Of a DNA stretch of 64,000 nt, positions 30,074-39,699 are shown in pieces. The position numbers and the translations under genes were made by a program. Origin of the DNA: an uncultured Prevotellaceae bacterium. GTDB taxonomy: Bacteria; Bacteroidota; Bacteroidia; Bacteroidales; Bacteroidaceae. The notes beneath the pieces are model-generated. The model was not told where the DNA came from and ran no database searches. It was given only the letters and a program-made list of their open reading frames with translations. Each line of letters opens with the position of its first letter. Positions within the stretch are counted from its first letter, which is position 1. The stretch spans positions 26,700 through 90,699 of the forward strand of contig CACZBS010000015.1 of the NCBI GenBank assembly GCA_902779455.1, in the 5' to 3' direction.

Positions 30074-31651
30074 ATGATGAAGCACTTTCTACTCACTTTC
30101 GCTTTGCTGCTTCCGGCGGCTTTCACCGCCCAGGCGCAGTGGTCGGATGACCCCGCAGTGAACAATCGTATCTCGCCCAGCAACCTAGGGTTCTACGACC
30201 CCTGCTATCTGACTAATCAGGACGGCGTGACCTTCTATCACTACCTCGTGCCGAACCAGAAGGACGGGGTGGACTGCATGCAATCGCGCCTGCAGATATA
30301 CGACGCGCAGGGCCAGCGCCAGCTGGGTGCCTCGGGTATGGTGGTGTGCAATGAGCGCAACAACACTTGGACAAAGTTCAACGACTATGTGATTCTCGAC
30401 AACGACGGCAACCTCATCCTCTCAGCCTACGACCTGCGCCAGTCGGCTGCCGACAAATACGACTTCTCTTTCGCCATCTATAAGTATTCGCCTAAGGGCG
30501 AGATGCTGTGGAGCGAACCCGTCATTCTCAACGAGGGCCGCGGCGACGCCCACTGCATGGGACTCAGCATGTGTGCTACCGACGATGGCGGCACGGCTTT
30601 CGTCTATTCGGCCACCAGCGCCGACGGTACCCATCTGGTGACCCACCTGGAGCGCCTCGACAAGGACGGCAAGACGCTGTGGGACGAGCCTCTCGTTGTT
30701 GAGCCCGACATGGCCACCAATCGCCCCTTTGTGGTGAACAACACGCAGAACGAGGTGATGGTGCTCTATGCCGACGCCGACGTGCAGTATAACGCCCGCG
30801 TCTTCGATGCTGAGGGGCACGACGTCTGGGAGGAGTCGGTGCCCGTCTATTCGGGTGGCTACTCCGACGGCATCAAGATTTATCCCTCCGTCAGCGTGGA
30901 GCCTGGTCCTGACGGCGGCGTCTTCTTCTGCGTGATGGACGGCGGATGGGAAGGTCGTCTGGTCTATCTCACCAAAGACGGACAGTATGGTTTCCCCACG
31001 GCCAACCTGGGTACGAAGGTGGCCGGCCCCGACTATCAGAGCACTATGCCTGCCGTCTATTATAATCCTGCCGACCAGATGATCTACACAGCTTTTGCCA
31101 ACATGGCTGCTTACGGGCAGAACGGTTACGGTCTTTATGCCCAGAAATTCACCCTCGGCGGACAACGCCTGTGGGGCGACGACGGCATCTGCATCGAAGA
31201 GACAGCCACCGGCCAGCAGACGGGCCATCCCTTTGTGCGTCCGTCGGCCGACGGACGTCTGGCCATCTTCCACCAGAAGCAGACGGGCACGGCCTATGGC
31301 TCGCCCGTGGGCAGCTTTATCACGCTGATTGACACCGAGGGCAACATAGTTGCCGAACCGCAAAACTTCACCACCTCGGCTGGTGTGAAGAACAACTTTG
31401 GCGTGTCGCCACTCATCGGCGGCAACCACTACATCGCCAGCTGGACCGAGAAACGCGCCAACAGCACTGCCGAGTGCATCTTCTCGCAGTATGTCAGCGC
31501 CGACGGCTCTACCGTCAACGGCATCGAAACCATCGGTTGTACACCATCAGCCATCCGCCATTCGGTCTTCGACCTTCAGGGACGTAGCATGGATGGCGAG
31601 CTGAAAAAGGGAATATATGTGATTGATGGAAAGAAATTCATCAAGCAATAA
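30074..31651 (+). CDS. T9SS-secreted putative beta-propeller protein
   Basis: Signal peptide then QWSDDPA; repeated Q/K-x-D/T-x-x-G-x-x-L-W motifs; CTD SVFDLQGR...KKGIYVIDGKKFIK. Confidence 0.75.
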   Translation: MMKHFLLTFALLLPAAFTAQAQWSDDPAVNNRISPSNLGFYDPCYLTNQDGVTFYHYLVPNQKDGVDCMQSRLQIYDAQGQRQLGASGMVVCNERNNTWTKFNDYVILDNDGNLILSAYDLRQSAADKYDFSFAIYKYSPKGEMLWSEPVILNEGRGDAHCMGLSMCATDDGGTAFVYSATSADGTHLVTHLERLDKDGKTLWDEPLVVEPDMATNRPFVVNNTQNEVMVLYADADVQYNARVFDAEGHDVWEESVPVYSGGYSDGIKIYPSVSVEPGPDGGVFFCVMDGGWEGRLVYLTKDGQYGFPTANLGTKVAGPDYQSTMPAVYYNPADQMIYTAFANMAAYGQNGYGLYAQKFTLGGQRLWGDDGICIEETATGQQTGHPFVRPSADGRLAIFHQKQTGTAYGSPVGSFITLIDTEGNIVAEPQNFTTSAGVKNNFGVSPLIGGNHYIASWTEKRANSTAECIFSQYVSADGSTVNGIETIGCTPSAIRHSVFDLQGRSMDGELKKGIYVIDGKKFIKQ

Positions 31652-31694
31652 CTTTGCAATAAACTAAAAACCGTTCATTAAAAATTAAACGAAG

Positions 31695-33407
31695 ATGAAA
31701 AAGTCTTTACTCATCGTGGCAATGGCACTGACCAGTATGGCAGGCCTTGCACAGCAGAAGAGCGTCAACGTGGCGACCGCCGGACAGCTGTCGTCGCTCA
31801 TCGGCGCCAGTGAGAAATACGCCATCACCGACCTGACAGTGACAGGAGAACTGAACGGCGCAGACATCGCCTTTATCCGTGACATGGCTGGAAAGGACGA
31901 GGAGGGCGAGACTACCGAGGGACAGCTGCAGAAACTCGACATGAAGGGCGCCAAGATTGTCGGCGGCGGCGTCTACTACACCAACATGCGCACCACTCAG
32001 GAATATGAGGCCGAGGCCGACGTGGTGGGCGAGATGATGTTCAGCAGTCTGAAGCTGACCGACGTCGTGCTGCCTCAGGATCTCAGCCGCATGGATTATC
32101 GTGCCTTCTACGAGTGCAAGGAGCTCGCCAGCATCGAGGGCACAGAGAGCGTGGGCGAGTATGGCAAGGCTGTATTCGAGAGTTGTTCGAAGTTGGCTAA
32201 GGTGATGTTGCCGCCGACGATGACAGTGGTGCCCGAGGCTATGTTCAGTCGCTGCTCGGTGCTCGACGGCGTTGAGCTGCCTGCCGGCCTGACCACCGTG
32301 GAGGCTGATGCCTTCTATGGCTGCGGCCTCACCTCTATCACGCTGCCCCAAAGCCTCGAGAACATCGGCAACGATGCCTTTGGCTATACCGACATCACGA
32401 CTCTCGTGCTGCCTGCCAGTGTACGTACGTTGGGCGACGGTGCATTCTCGGGCTGCAAACAGCTTGCCGACCTGACGCTCAACGAGGGCCTCGTGACCAT
32501 CGGAGAGCGCGCCTTCAACTCGGTAGGAGCTGAGAAAATCACGGTGCCCTCGACGGTGACGTCTATCGGTTCGTCGGCCTTCGGTACCTGCGCCAACCTG
32601 ACCGAGGTGGTGCTGCCTGAGGGTCTGACCACTCTGGCAGACTATCTCTTCGACCGCTGCGACAACCTGACGACGGTGAACATCCCCTCCACCGTGACGC
32701 TTATCGACGAGTGCGCCTTCCAGAACTGCTATGCGCTGCTCGACGTCACCTTGCCCGAGGGCCTGGAGACCATTGGCGAGCGTGCCTTCTCGTCGTGCGA
32801 GGCCCTGACGTCGTTTGCTGCTCCCTCTACGCTGAAGTCCATTGGCCCCTCGGCCTTCGAGTGGTGCTCGGGCCTGCAGACCGTCACGCTTAATGACGGG
32901 CTTGAGACCATCGGCGCCGGTGCCTTCCAGTCGACGCCCATCACTGAGATTACTATCCCCGAAGGTATCACCGAGCTCGGTGTCGGCGACGGCAGCATGT
33001 GGGGCCCCTCAGGCATGGTTTTCATGGGTTGCGACCAGTTGGCCACCGTCCATCTGCCCAGCACCATCACCTCGCTTGGGCGTGGCTCGTTCATAGGATG
33101 TCCCCTGGAGCAACTCACTATCGACGCCATCGTGCCGCCCACCATCGAGTCGCGCTCGAATCCTTTCGACGGCGAGTGCTATGAAACCTGCCAACTCAAC
33201 GTCCCTGAGGGCAGTGTCGATGCCTACAAGGAGGCTGCCGTGTGGAGCAACTTCACCAACATCACTGCTTCTACCACCACAGGCGTGAAGAGTATTGATA
33301 ATGTACAAGTGAAGGCTGACAACAGGGTTTACAACCTCGGCGGACAGCGCAAGGTGGCAGGCTCGAAAGGCTTGACTCTCTCTCGTAATAAGAAGTATAT
33401 ACGCTGA
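31695..33407 (+). CDS. BspA-like leucine-rich-repeat surface protein
   Basis: Many LPxxLxxIGxxAFxxCxxL repeats and a CTD. A TAACTTTG promoter motif at 31649-31656 overlaps the upstream stop codon. Confidence 0.92.
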   Translation: MKKSLLIVAMALTSMAGLAQQKSVNVATAGQLSSLIGASEKYAITDLTVTGELNGADIAFIRDMAGKDEEGETTEGQLQKLDMKGAKIVGGGVYYTNMRTTQEYEAEADVVGEMMFSSLKLTDVVLPQDLSRMDYRAFYECKELASIEGTESVGEYGKAVFESCSKLAKVMLPPTMTVVPEAMFSRCSVLDGVELPAGLTTVEADAFYGCGLTSITLPQSLENIGNDAFGYTDITTLVLPASVRTLGDGAFSGCKQLADLTLNEGLVTIGERAFNSVGAEKITVPSTVTSIGSSAFGTCANLTEVVLPEGLTTLADYLFDRCDNLTTVNIPSTVTLIDECAFQNCYALLDVTLPEGLETIGERAFSSCEALTSFAAPSTLKSIGPSAFEWCSGLQTVTLNDGLETIGAGAFQSTPITEITIPEGITELGVGDGSMWGPSGMVFMGCDQLATVHLPSTITSLGRGSFIGCPLEQLTIDAIVPPTIESRSNPFDGECYETCQLNVPEGSVDAYKEAAVWSNFTNITASTTTGVKSIDNVQVKADNRVYNLGGQRKVAGSKGLTLSRNKKYIR

Positions 33408-33437
33408 TGCGGTTTCTCTGAATCAACAAAATCCAAC

Positions 33438-33478
33438 AAAAGCCCGCGGGTCTTGACAGTCAAGGCCTGCGGGCTTTT
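33438..33478. terminator. Bidirectional terminator hairpin
   Basis: aaaagcccgcggg...cctgcgggctttt between convergent genes. Confidence 0.75.
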
Positions 33479-33548
33479 GTTTCCACGGGGATATTATGTT
33501 GTTCTGAAGTGTGATTCTGGCAGGAGTGGCAGCGCAGGCCGATGCTGT

Positions 33549-35011
33549 TCAGGAGGCGTGCGCATGCCTTGCGGGGAGGAACATGGGTATCAGAGCCACA
33601 CCGAGACCGTAATAGACGGCGTCGCCTGGCAGGGTCCATAGTTTAGCGAGAAGCATGGCGACGGTGCCCAGCAGCATGGAGAGCAGCACGGCGCGTTGAC
33701 TGAAACGACCCGGCAGCCACAGGGCGAAGCTGAGCGGGAAGAGGATGGCCACGGCGCGCAGACCCAGCGAGAGGAATCCCAAATCGTTGATGAACGTGCC
33801 GTCTATCATCAGCAGGGCCGCTCCTACAGCCACCAGCAGTAAGCCCACGATGGTGAGGCGTGTCTGAGCCAGTTGTCCGCCGATGCGGTTGCTGGGACTG
33901 ATGCGGGCAGGCAGGTTGCTGTAGACGTCGCGCACCAGGATGGTGGCCGCGCCGAGCGACAGCCCGCTGCCGCAGCCAATGATGTTGATGAGCAGTGTGC
34001 CCAGCATGATGCCGCCCAGCCAGGCGGGCAGGTGATGCAGGATGAAAGCGGGGAAGGCCTGTGCCGACCCTTCGATGACGCCCAGCGTGGCAGGCAGCTG
34101 CTCGCCGGCCTGCTCGTAGAACTGTGCCAGCAGTTCGAAGACCTCGAGCTGCATGTCCTTCATCCCCAGCGACACGGCAATGTGCTCGGGGCGGCGCAGC
34201 TGACTGACGGCTTCGATGAAATCGCCCTTTTTGGCATAGACTTTCGCTCGTTCTACGCAGGTGAAGTAGACCAGCCGGCGGTAGGCCGTGGTGTCGATGA
34301 GCTGCAGCTGGCGGTCGAAGACGCCGATGGCGTCGTCGTAGCGCTGACGGTCGAGGAGTGTGTAGGCCTCGTGGAGCAGTTTGTTGTATCGTCGGAGCCA
34401 GGCCGTGGGCCCCGTCTCGGGCAGTTGGCTGTATCGCTGCCATTGGGCCTCGACCGACGGGATGCCGTGCTGGATGGAGGCCATCGAGAGGACGTCGGTG
34501 CAGGCCATGTCGGTGTGGAGGTCGTCGGCGGTGCGCAGTCCGGCGTCGAGGGCCATGATGTAGTAGTCGAGGGCCTGGGTGCCCAGTTCGAAGTTGTCGG
34601 TCTCCTCGGAGATGGTCTGATACATGCAGCCCAGTCCGATGTAGATGTTGGCGTCCTCGATGCCGGCCTCGTCGGCGATCTCGCGGGCCTGCGCCAGGTA
34701 TTCGAAGCACTTGGGATAGTCGAAGTAGTCGTAGTAGAAGATGCGCCACAGCCGCATGTTGGCATCCTTGGAGAGGCGTTTCTCGCGGGGCGTCATGCGG
34801 GGTCGTAGCGGTGGACGACGATGTTGTAGCAGACGAGGGCCGAGTCCTTCGTGCCTCCGTCGGCGCTGTCGTGGTCGCCCATCTGCATGAGCTGCTCTGA
34901 GGGCAGTGCGAGCCACTGCTGGTGCATGCGGCTCTGCTCGGCCGCCCTCGCGTCGGCGACGGAGATCAGATATAAGATAATAGATAACAGATAATAGATA
35001 ACAGATGTCAT
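33549..35011 (-). pseudogene. Frameshifted chimera: TPR sensor N-terminus fused in frame to the C-terminal TM half of a sodium:solute symporter-like protein
   Basis: ATG 35011 frame ends RYDPA*; the next frame continues MTPREKRL (frameshift near 34800). TPR sequence switches at about 34100 to QAFPAFILHHLPAWLGGIMLGTLLINIIGCGSGLSLGAATILVRDVY. Confidence 0.75.
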
Positions 35012-35139
35012 TGGAATCGTCGTTTGCCCGACAAAAGTACGAATAATTCGGCAGACGGCAAAAGGAATGGTCTTATAAAAAAATATAAAAAACAGCGGAT
35101 AATGATTGTCGATTTGCGGGCTTTTCGTAATTTTGCGCC

Positions 35140-35493
35140 ATGAAGCGCCGTGAAACGATAGGCCGCCGATGGAGGGCATGGATGCTGCTGGCAGTGTTCG
35201 TGCCGATGCTCTTGATGTCGGCTCTCCACGTGCACGGGGGCTCCGGCGCCTGGCAGGACGCGTGCTCCGAGTGCGTCGACCACCATTGTGGCGGTCATCT
35301 GGGGCAGTATGCTGGCGGAGCGATCCACGACTGCGTGCTCTGCCAGTTTCTGACGCTGACCTTTGTTCCGGCCGTCGTCGCCACGGCTATTATATATTAT
35401 AATGTGGTGCGGCTTGGGCGAGTGGAGCTCGCCGGGCGCATCGTCCTTAGGAACCAGGGTGTCGTCGGTCTGAGGGCACCGCCGGTGCAGTGA
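35140..35493 (+). CDS. DUF2946-like Cys/His-rich leader protein with C-terminal RAPP motif
   Basis: Hydrophobic N-terminal segment; HVH, CSEC, HHCGGH and HDCVLC; ends GLRAPPVQ*. TAATTTTG promoter motif just upstream. Confidence 0.8.
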   Translation: MKRRETIGRRWRAWMLLAVFVPMLLMSALHVHGGSGAWQDACSECVDHHCGGHLGQYAGGAIHDCVLCQFLTLTFVPAVVATAIIYYNVVRLGRVELAGRIVLRNQGVVGLRAPPVQ

Positions 35494-35615
35494 ATAGTTA
35501 ATAGTTTATAGTTATGATTAGACTTGCTGCTTGTTTAAGCCTGAGTCTTTTCATCGACTAATCATAGCTATTCACTATTAACTATTCACTGTTCACTATT
35601 CACTATAAACTATTT
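35491..35615. repeat. 31-bp hairpin with TATTCAC-type 7-mer arms
   Basis: 35491-35521 pairs with 35558-35588 (3 mismatches); further 7-mers extend to about 35615. Confidence 0.85.
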
Positions 35616-35629
35616 ATTCTTTTTACAAC

Positions 35630-37981
35630 ATGAATAAACTCAGACAATTATATATTGTGCTGACGTTGCTGTGCGTCGGCACGGCGCTGACGGCTGCTCC
35701 GCTGGCACGCAAGACCACGCTCAGCGGACACGTCAGCGACGCCACCACTGGTGAGGCCGTGGTCGGCGCAAGCATCTATTTCCCACAGCTCAAGGCCGGC
35801 ACGCTCAGCGACGCTCAGGGCGACTATCGGCTCGAGGGGCTGCCCCAGATCCGCACGACGGTGCAGGTGAGCTATGTGGGCCATCAGACGATCATCGAGA
35901 CGGTCGACCTGCGCACGACCGAGCGGCTCGACTTCCGCCTGCAGGAGAACAACGCGATGCTCGACGAGGTGGTCGTCACGGGACTGACGGGCTCGTCGCT
36001 GGCCGCCCGCTCGCCGTCGCCGGTCAGCGTGGTCAGCCAGCGGACGCTGATGGAGACGGCGTCGACGAACGTCATCGACGCCGTGGCCCGCCAGCCGGGC
36101 GTCAGTCAGCTGACCACGGGCACGGGCATCTCGAAACCCGTCGTCCGCGGCTTGGGCTATAACCGCATTGTCGTCGTCAACGACGGCATGCGCCAGGAGG
36201 GCCAGCAGTGGGGCGACGAGCACGGCATCGAGGTCGATGCGCAGACGGTCCACTCGGTGGAGATCCTCAAGGGCCCGGCCTCGCTGATGTATGGCTCCGA
36301 CGCCATGGCCGGCGTGCTCGTCATGCACGAGCAGCCCGTCATGCCGCAGGGACAGATGGCGGCGACGGTGGGCGGCGAGTATCAGTCGAACCAGCGGCTG
36401 TGGGACTATACAGCCAGCTTCGCCGGCAACCGCGGCGGCGTGGTCTGGAACTGGCGGTGGAGCGAGAAGGACGCCGGCGAATATGAAAACCGGCGCGACG
36501 GTCGCGTCGGCGGGTCGCAGTTTCATGAGCGCGCCCTGACGGGTATGCTCGGACTGAACCGCGCCTGGGGCTACTCGCACCTGAAGCTCTCGGGCTATCA
36601 CATCAAGCCGGGCCTCGTCACGGGCCACCGCCATGACGACGGCTCGCTGGAGCCGTCGGAGGCTTTCCAGAAAATCTTTCACTATAAGGCAGCCCTCGAC
36701 AACTCGTTCGTCCTTGGCGACGGCACGCTGAAGGCCGTCGTGGGCTATCAGCTGAACCGCCGACAGGAGTTCGGCCATGACCACGACCACGGCGAACATG
36801 AGCATGAAGACGGGGAGCATCACGACGACGATGAGGCCGATGAACATGAGCATGAGCACCACCATGAGGCCGGTGAGGCGGGCCTCGACTTCCGCCTGCA
36901 CACGGTCAACTACGACGTCCACTATCAGGCTGCGCCCAGCGACGAGTGGCAGTATGCGGCCGGCGTCTCAGGCATGTGGCAGCGCTCGGAGAACCTGGGC
37001 GAGGAGGTGCTCATACCGGCCTACCGACTGTTCGACGTGGGCCTCTTCGCCTCCGCCACGCGCTCGCTCGACCGGCTGACGCTCAGCGGCGGCCTTCGCT
37101 ACGACCACCGCCGCCTGCACAGCTATGCGCTGGAGCACGACGGCGAGCAGCACTTCCGCGACTTCCGTCGCTCGTTCAGCGGTCTGACGGGCAGCCTCGG
37201 CGCCATCCTCAACCTGACCGACCGAATGAACCTCAGGCTGAACCTCTCGCGAGGCTTCCGCGCACCCAACCTCAGCGAGCTGGGCTCCAACGGTCAGCAC
37301 GAGGGCACCTTCCGCTACGAGATAGGCAACGCCGAACTGGCGCCCGAGTTCTCCTGGCAGGGCGACGTGGGCTTCGACTTCTCATCGGACGTCCTGTCAG
37401 CCCAGCTGTCGCTGTTTGTCAATCATATCGACAACTTCATCTACCTCAAGCGCCTGCCCGGCTTGACTGACCGCTTCAGCTATACCTCCGGCGACGCCCG
37501 CCTCTGGGGCGGCGAGGCGCTCGTCGACATCCACCCCGTGGAGCCGCTGCACTTCGAGAACACCTTTTCGATGGTCAGTGCACGACAGCTGCACCAGCCG
37601 GCCGACGCCCGCTGGCTGCCCTTCACGCCGGCACCACGCTGGACGAGCGACCTGCGTTACGACATCGTGCGCGACGGCCGCCGTCTGCTCAACAACACGT
37701 TTGCGGCCGTCGGACTGGAGTGCTACCTGCGGCAGAGCCATGCCCACACGGCCAACCAGACGGAGACGCCCACGCCCAGCTACACGCTGGTGCATCTCTC
37801 GGCCGGCACCGACTTCAACCTGCGCGGACGCCGCCTGTGCACGCTCCTGCTCACCGTCCAGAACCTCTTCGACCGCTACTACACGTCGCACCTCAGCCGG
37901 CTGAAGTATGCTGAGGACGGACCCGTCGGCGGCATGGGCCGCAACATCGCCCTCAAACTGCAAGTGCCTATCACACTTTGA
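35630..37981 (+). CDS. TonB-dependent receptor with His/acidic loop (probable metal uptake)
   Basis: N-terminal carboxypeptidase-regulatory-like domain; plug SKPVVRG...QQWGDEHG...ILKGPASLMYGSDAMAGV; loop GHDHDHGEHEHEDGEHHDDDEADEHEHEHHHE; C-terminal GRN...KLQVPITL. Confidence 0.93.
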   Translation: MNKLRQLYIVLTLLCVGTALTAAPLARKTTLSGHVSDATTGEAVVGASIYFPQLKAGTLSDAQGDYRLEGLPQIRTTVQVSYVGHQTIIETVDLRTTERLDFRLQENNAMLDEVVVTGLTGSSLAARSPSPVSVVSQRTLMETASTNVIDAVARQPGVSQLTTGTGISKPVVRGLGYNRIVVVNDGMRQEGQQWGDEHGIEVDAQTVHSVEILKGPASLMYGSDAMAGVLVMHEQPVMPQGQMAATVGGEYQSNQRLWDYTASFAGNRGGVVWNWRWSEKDAGEYENRRDGRVGGSQFHERALTGMLGLNRAWGYSHLKLSGYHIKPGLVTGHRHDDGSLEPSEAFQKIFHYKAALDNSFVLGDGTLKAVVGYQLNRRQEFGHDHDHGEHEHEDGEHHDDDEADEHEHEHHHEAGEAGLDFRLHTVNYDVHYQAAPSDEWQYAAGVSGMWQRSENLGEEVLIPAYRLFDVGLFASATRSLDRLTLSGGLRYDHRRLHSYALEHDGEQHFRDFRRSFSGLTGSLGAILNLTDRMNLRLNLSRGFRAPNLSELGSNGQHEGTFRYEIGNAELAPEFSWQGDVGFDFSSDVLSAQLSLFVNHIDNFIYLKRLPGLTDRFSYTSGDARLWGGEALVDIHPVEPLHFENTFSMVSARQLHQPADARWLPFTPAPRWTSDLRYDIVRDGRRLLNNTFAAVGLECYLRQSHAHTANQTETPTPSYTLVHLSAGTDFNLRGRRLCTLLLTVQNLFDRYYTSHLSRLKYAEDGPVGGMGRNIALKLQVPITL

Positions 37982-37997
37982 CGACCTGATTGTTCTT

Positions 37998-38172
37998 AAA
38001 CCGCGAATTTATTTTAGAACCACGAATTAAACGAATTGAACGAATTTTTTAGAACCACGAATTAAGCGAATTAAGCGATTTTTTAAAACAACGTATTGAA
38101 CGAATTAAACGAATTGGCAGCGGATTACTTGTGCGCAGCCAATTCGTTTAATTCGTTTAATTCGTGGTTAAG
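37998..38172. repeat. 9-mer (ACGAATTAA) array forming an inverted repeat
   Basis: ccacgaattaaacgaattgaacgaat occurs repeatedly, then the inverted arm caattcgtttaattcgtttaattcgtgg; lies between convergent genes. Confidence 0.85.
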
Positions 38173-38193
38173 AATAATTCGGGGTGCGGGCCG

Positions 38194-39684
38194 TCAGCGG
38201 CGGAAGTACTTGCCGACGACGGGCAGGGAGCTCAGCGGCAGGTCGCGGCGGACGATGAGGGCCACGAAGATGAGGATGAGCAGCGTGTTGACGGCCAGTT
38301 GCGGGATGAGCGGCAGACTGGCGGTCAGCGTCATGCCGACGTAGAGCGCGGCGGCCACGACGACGTAGAGCGCCATGTCGGCCAGCGGATAGTCGATCTT
38401 GTAGTAGTGCTGGCCGATGAAGTAGCTGAGGAGCATCGACACGGCGTAGGCAGCGAAGCCGGCCCAGGCGCAGGCCATGTAGCCGTAGCGCGGGATTAGG
38501 GCGACGTCGATGGCGATGAGCACCACGGCGCCGATGCCCGAGAAGTAGGCGCCCCAGATGGTGCGGTCGGTCAGCTTATACCAGAAGGAGAGGTTGAAGA
38601 AGACGCCGAACATGATCTCGGCGGCCATGACGATGGGCACCACGCGCAGACCCTCCCAGTAGCTCTCGCCGATGATGAACTTCAGCAGGCCGAGATAGCC
38701 CATGACCGCGAGGAAGGCCAGCAGCGTGAAGATGAGGTAGAACTTCATCGCCTGGGCGTAGGTCTCGCGGTTGTCGCGGTCCTTCGACTTGCCGAAGACG
38801 AAGGGCTCGTAGGCGAAGCGGAAGGCCTGGGTGATCATGACCATAATCATCGCAATCTTGATGCAGGCGCCGTAGATGCCCAACTGGGCGCGGGCCTCGT
38901 CGACCGAGCCGTCGTAGAGGTAGGGGAAGAGGATCTGCGAGGCGGCCTGGTTGAGCTGTCCGGCGACGCCCATGACGAGCAGCGGCCACGTGTAGGCCAG
39001 CATGCGGCGGCAGGCGGCCCAGTCGAATCCGAAACGGATGCCCCGCAGCTCCTTGTAGAGCATGAGCAGCGTGGCGACGGTGCAGACGAGGTTGATGTAG
39101 AAGACGAAGGCCACGTCGAGCGTGAACGCCTCGTCGTAGATGCCCAGCGGGTCCCACCTGAGTGCCGGCAGCGCGATGAGGTAGAGCACGTTGAGCGTGA
39201 TGTTCAGCAGGATGTTGATGATCTTCAGGGCGGCGAACTTCACCGGCTTGTGCTGATAGCGCAGGTAGGCGAAGGGGATGGCCGTGAAGGCGTCGATGGC
39301 CACCGTGGCGTACATCACGCCGACATACTCCGGGTGGTCGCCGTAGCCTATGGCCGTGGCGATGGGGTCAAGCAGCAGGAGCACCACGACGATGCTCAGC
39401 AGCGACGTCGCGGCCAGCATGCGCAGCGTCGTCGAGTAGATGCGTTGCGGCTGTTCGCCCTCGCGGTTCATGAAGCGGAAGAAGGTTGTCTCCATGCCGA
39501 ACGTCAGCAGGATGATGAGAATCGAGACGTAGGCGTAGACGTTGGTGATGACGCCGTATTCGCCGCCGGAGGCCGCGAAGCGTGCCGTCTGGATGGGCAC
39601 CAGCAGGTAGTTGATGAATCGGGCGACGATGCTCGACAGTCCGTAGATGGCCGTGTCCTTGGCCAGCGATTTCAGGTTGGGCAT
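38194..39684 (-). CDS. Polysaccharide flippase (Wzx/MOP family)
   Basis: LKSLAKDTAIYGLSSIVARF, TFGMETTFFRF and many TM helices. Confidence 0.88.
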   Translation of the reverse strand: MPNLKSLAKDTAIYGLSSIVARFINYLLVPIQTARFAASGGEYGVITNVYAYVSILIILLTFGMETTFFRFMNREGEQPQRIYSTTLRMLAATSLLSIVVVLLLLDPIATAIGYGDHPEYVGVMYATVAIDAFTAIPFAYLRYQHKPVKFAALKIINILLNITLNVLYLIALPALRWDPLGIYDEAFTLDVAFVFYINLVCTVATLLMLYKELRGIRFGFDWAACRRMLAYTWPLLVMGVAGQLNQAASQILFPYLYDGSVDEARAQLGIYGACIKIAMIMVMITQAFRFAYEPFVFGKSKDRDNRETYAQAMKFYLIFTLLAFLAVMGYLGLLKFIIGESYWEGLRVVPIVMAAEIMFGVFFNLSFWYKLTDRTIWGAYFSGIGAVVLIAIDVALIPRYGYMACAWAGFAAYAVSMLLSYFIGQHYYKIDYPLADMALYVVVAAALYVGMTLTASLPLIPQLAVNTLLILIFVALIVRRDLPLSSLPVVGKYFRR

Positions 39685-39699
39685 TGTTTTTTTCTCTTT

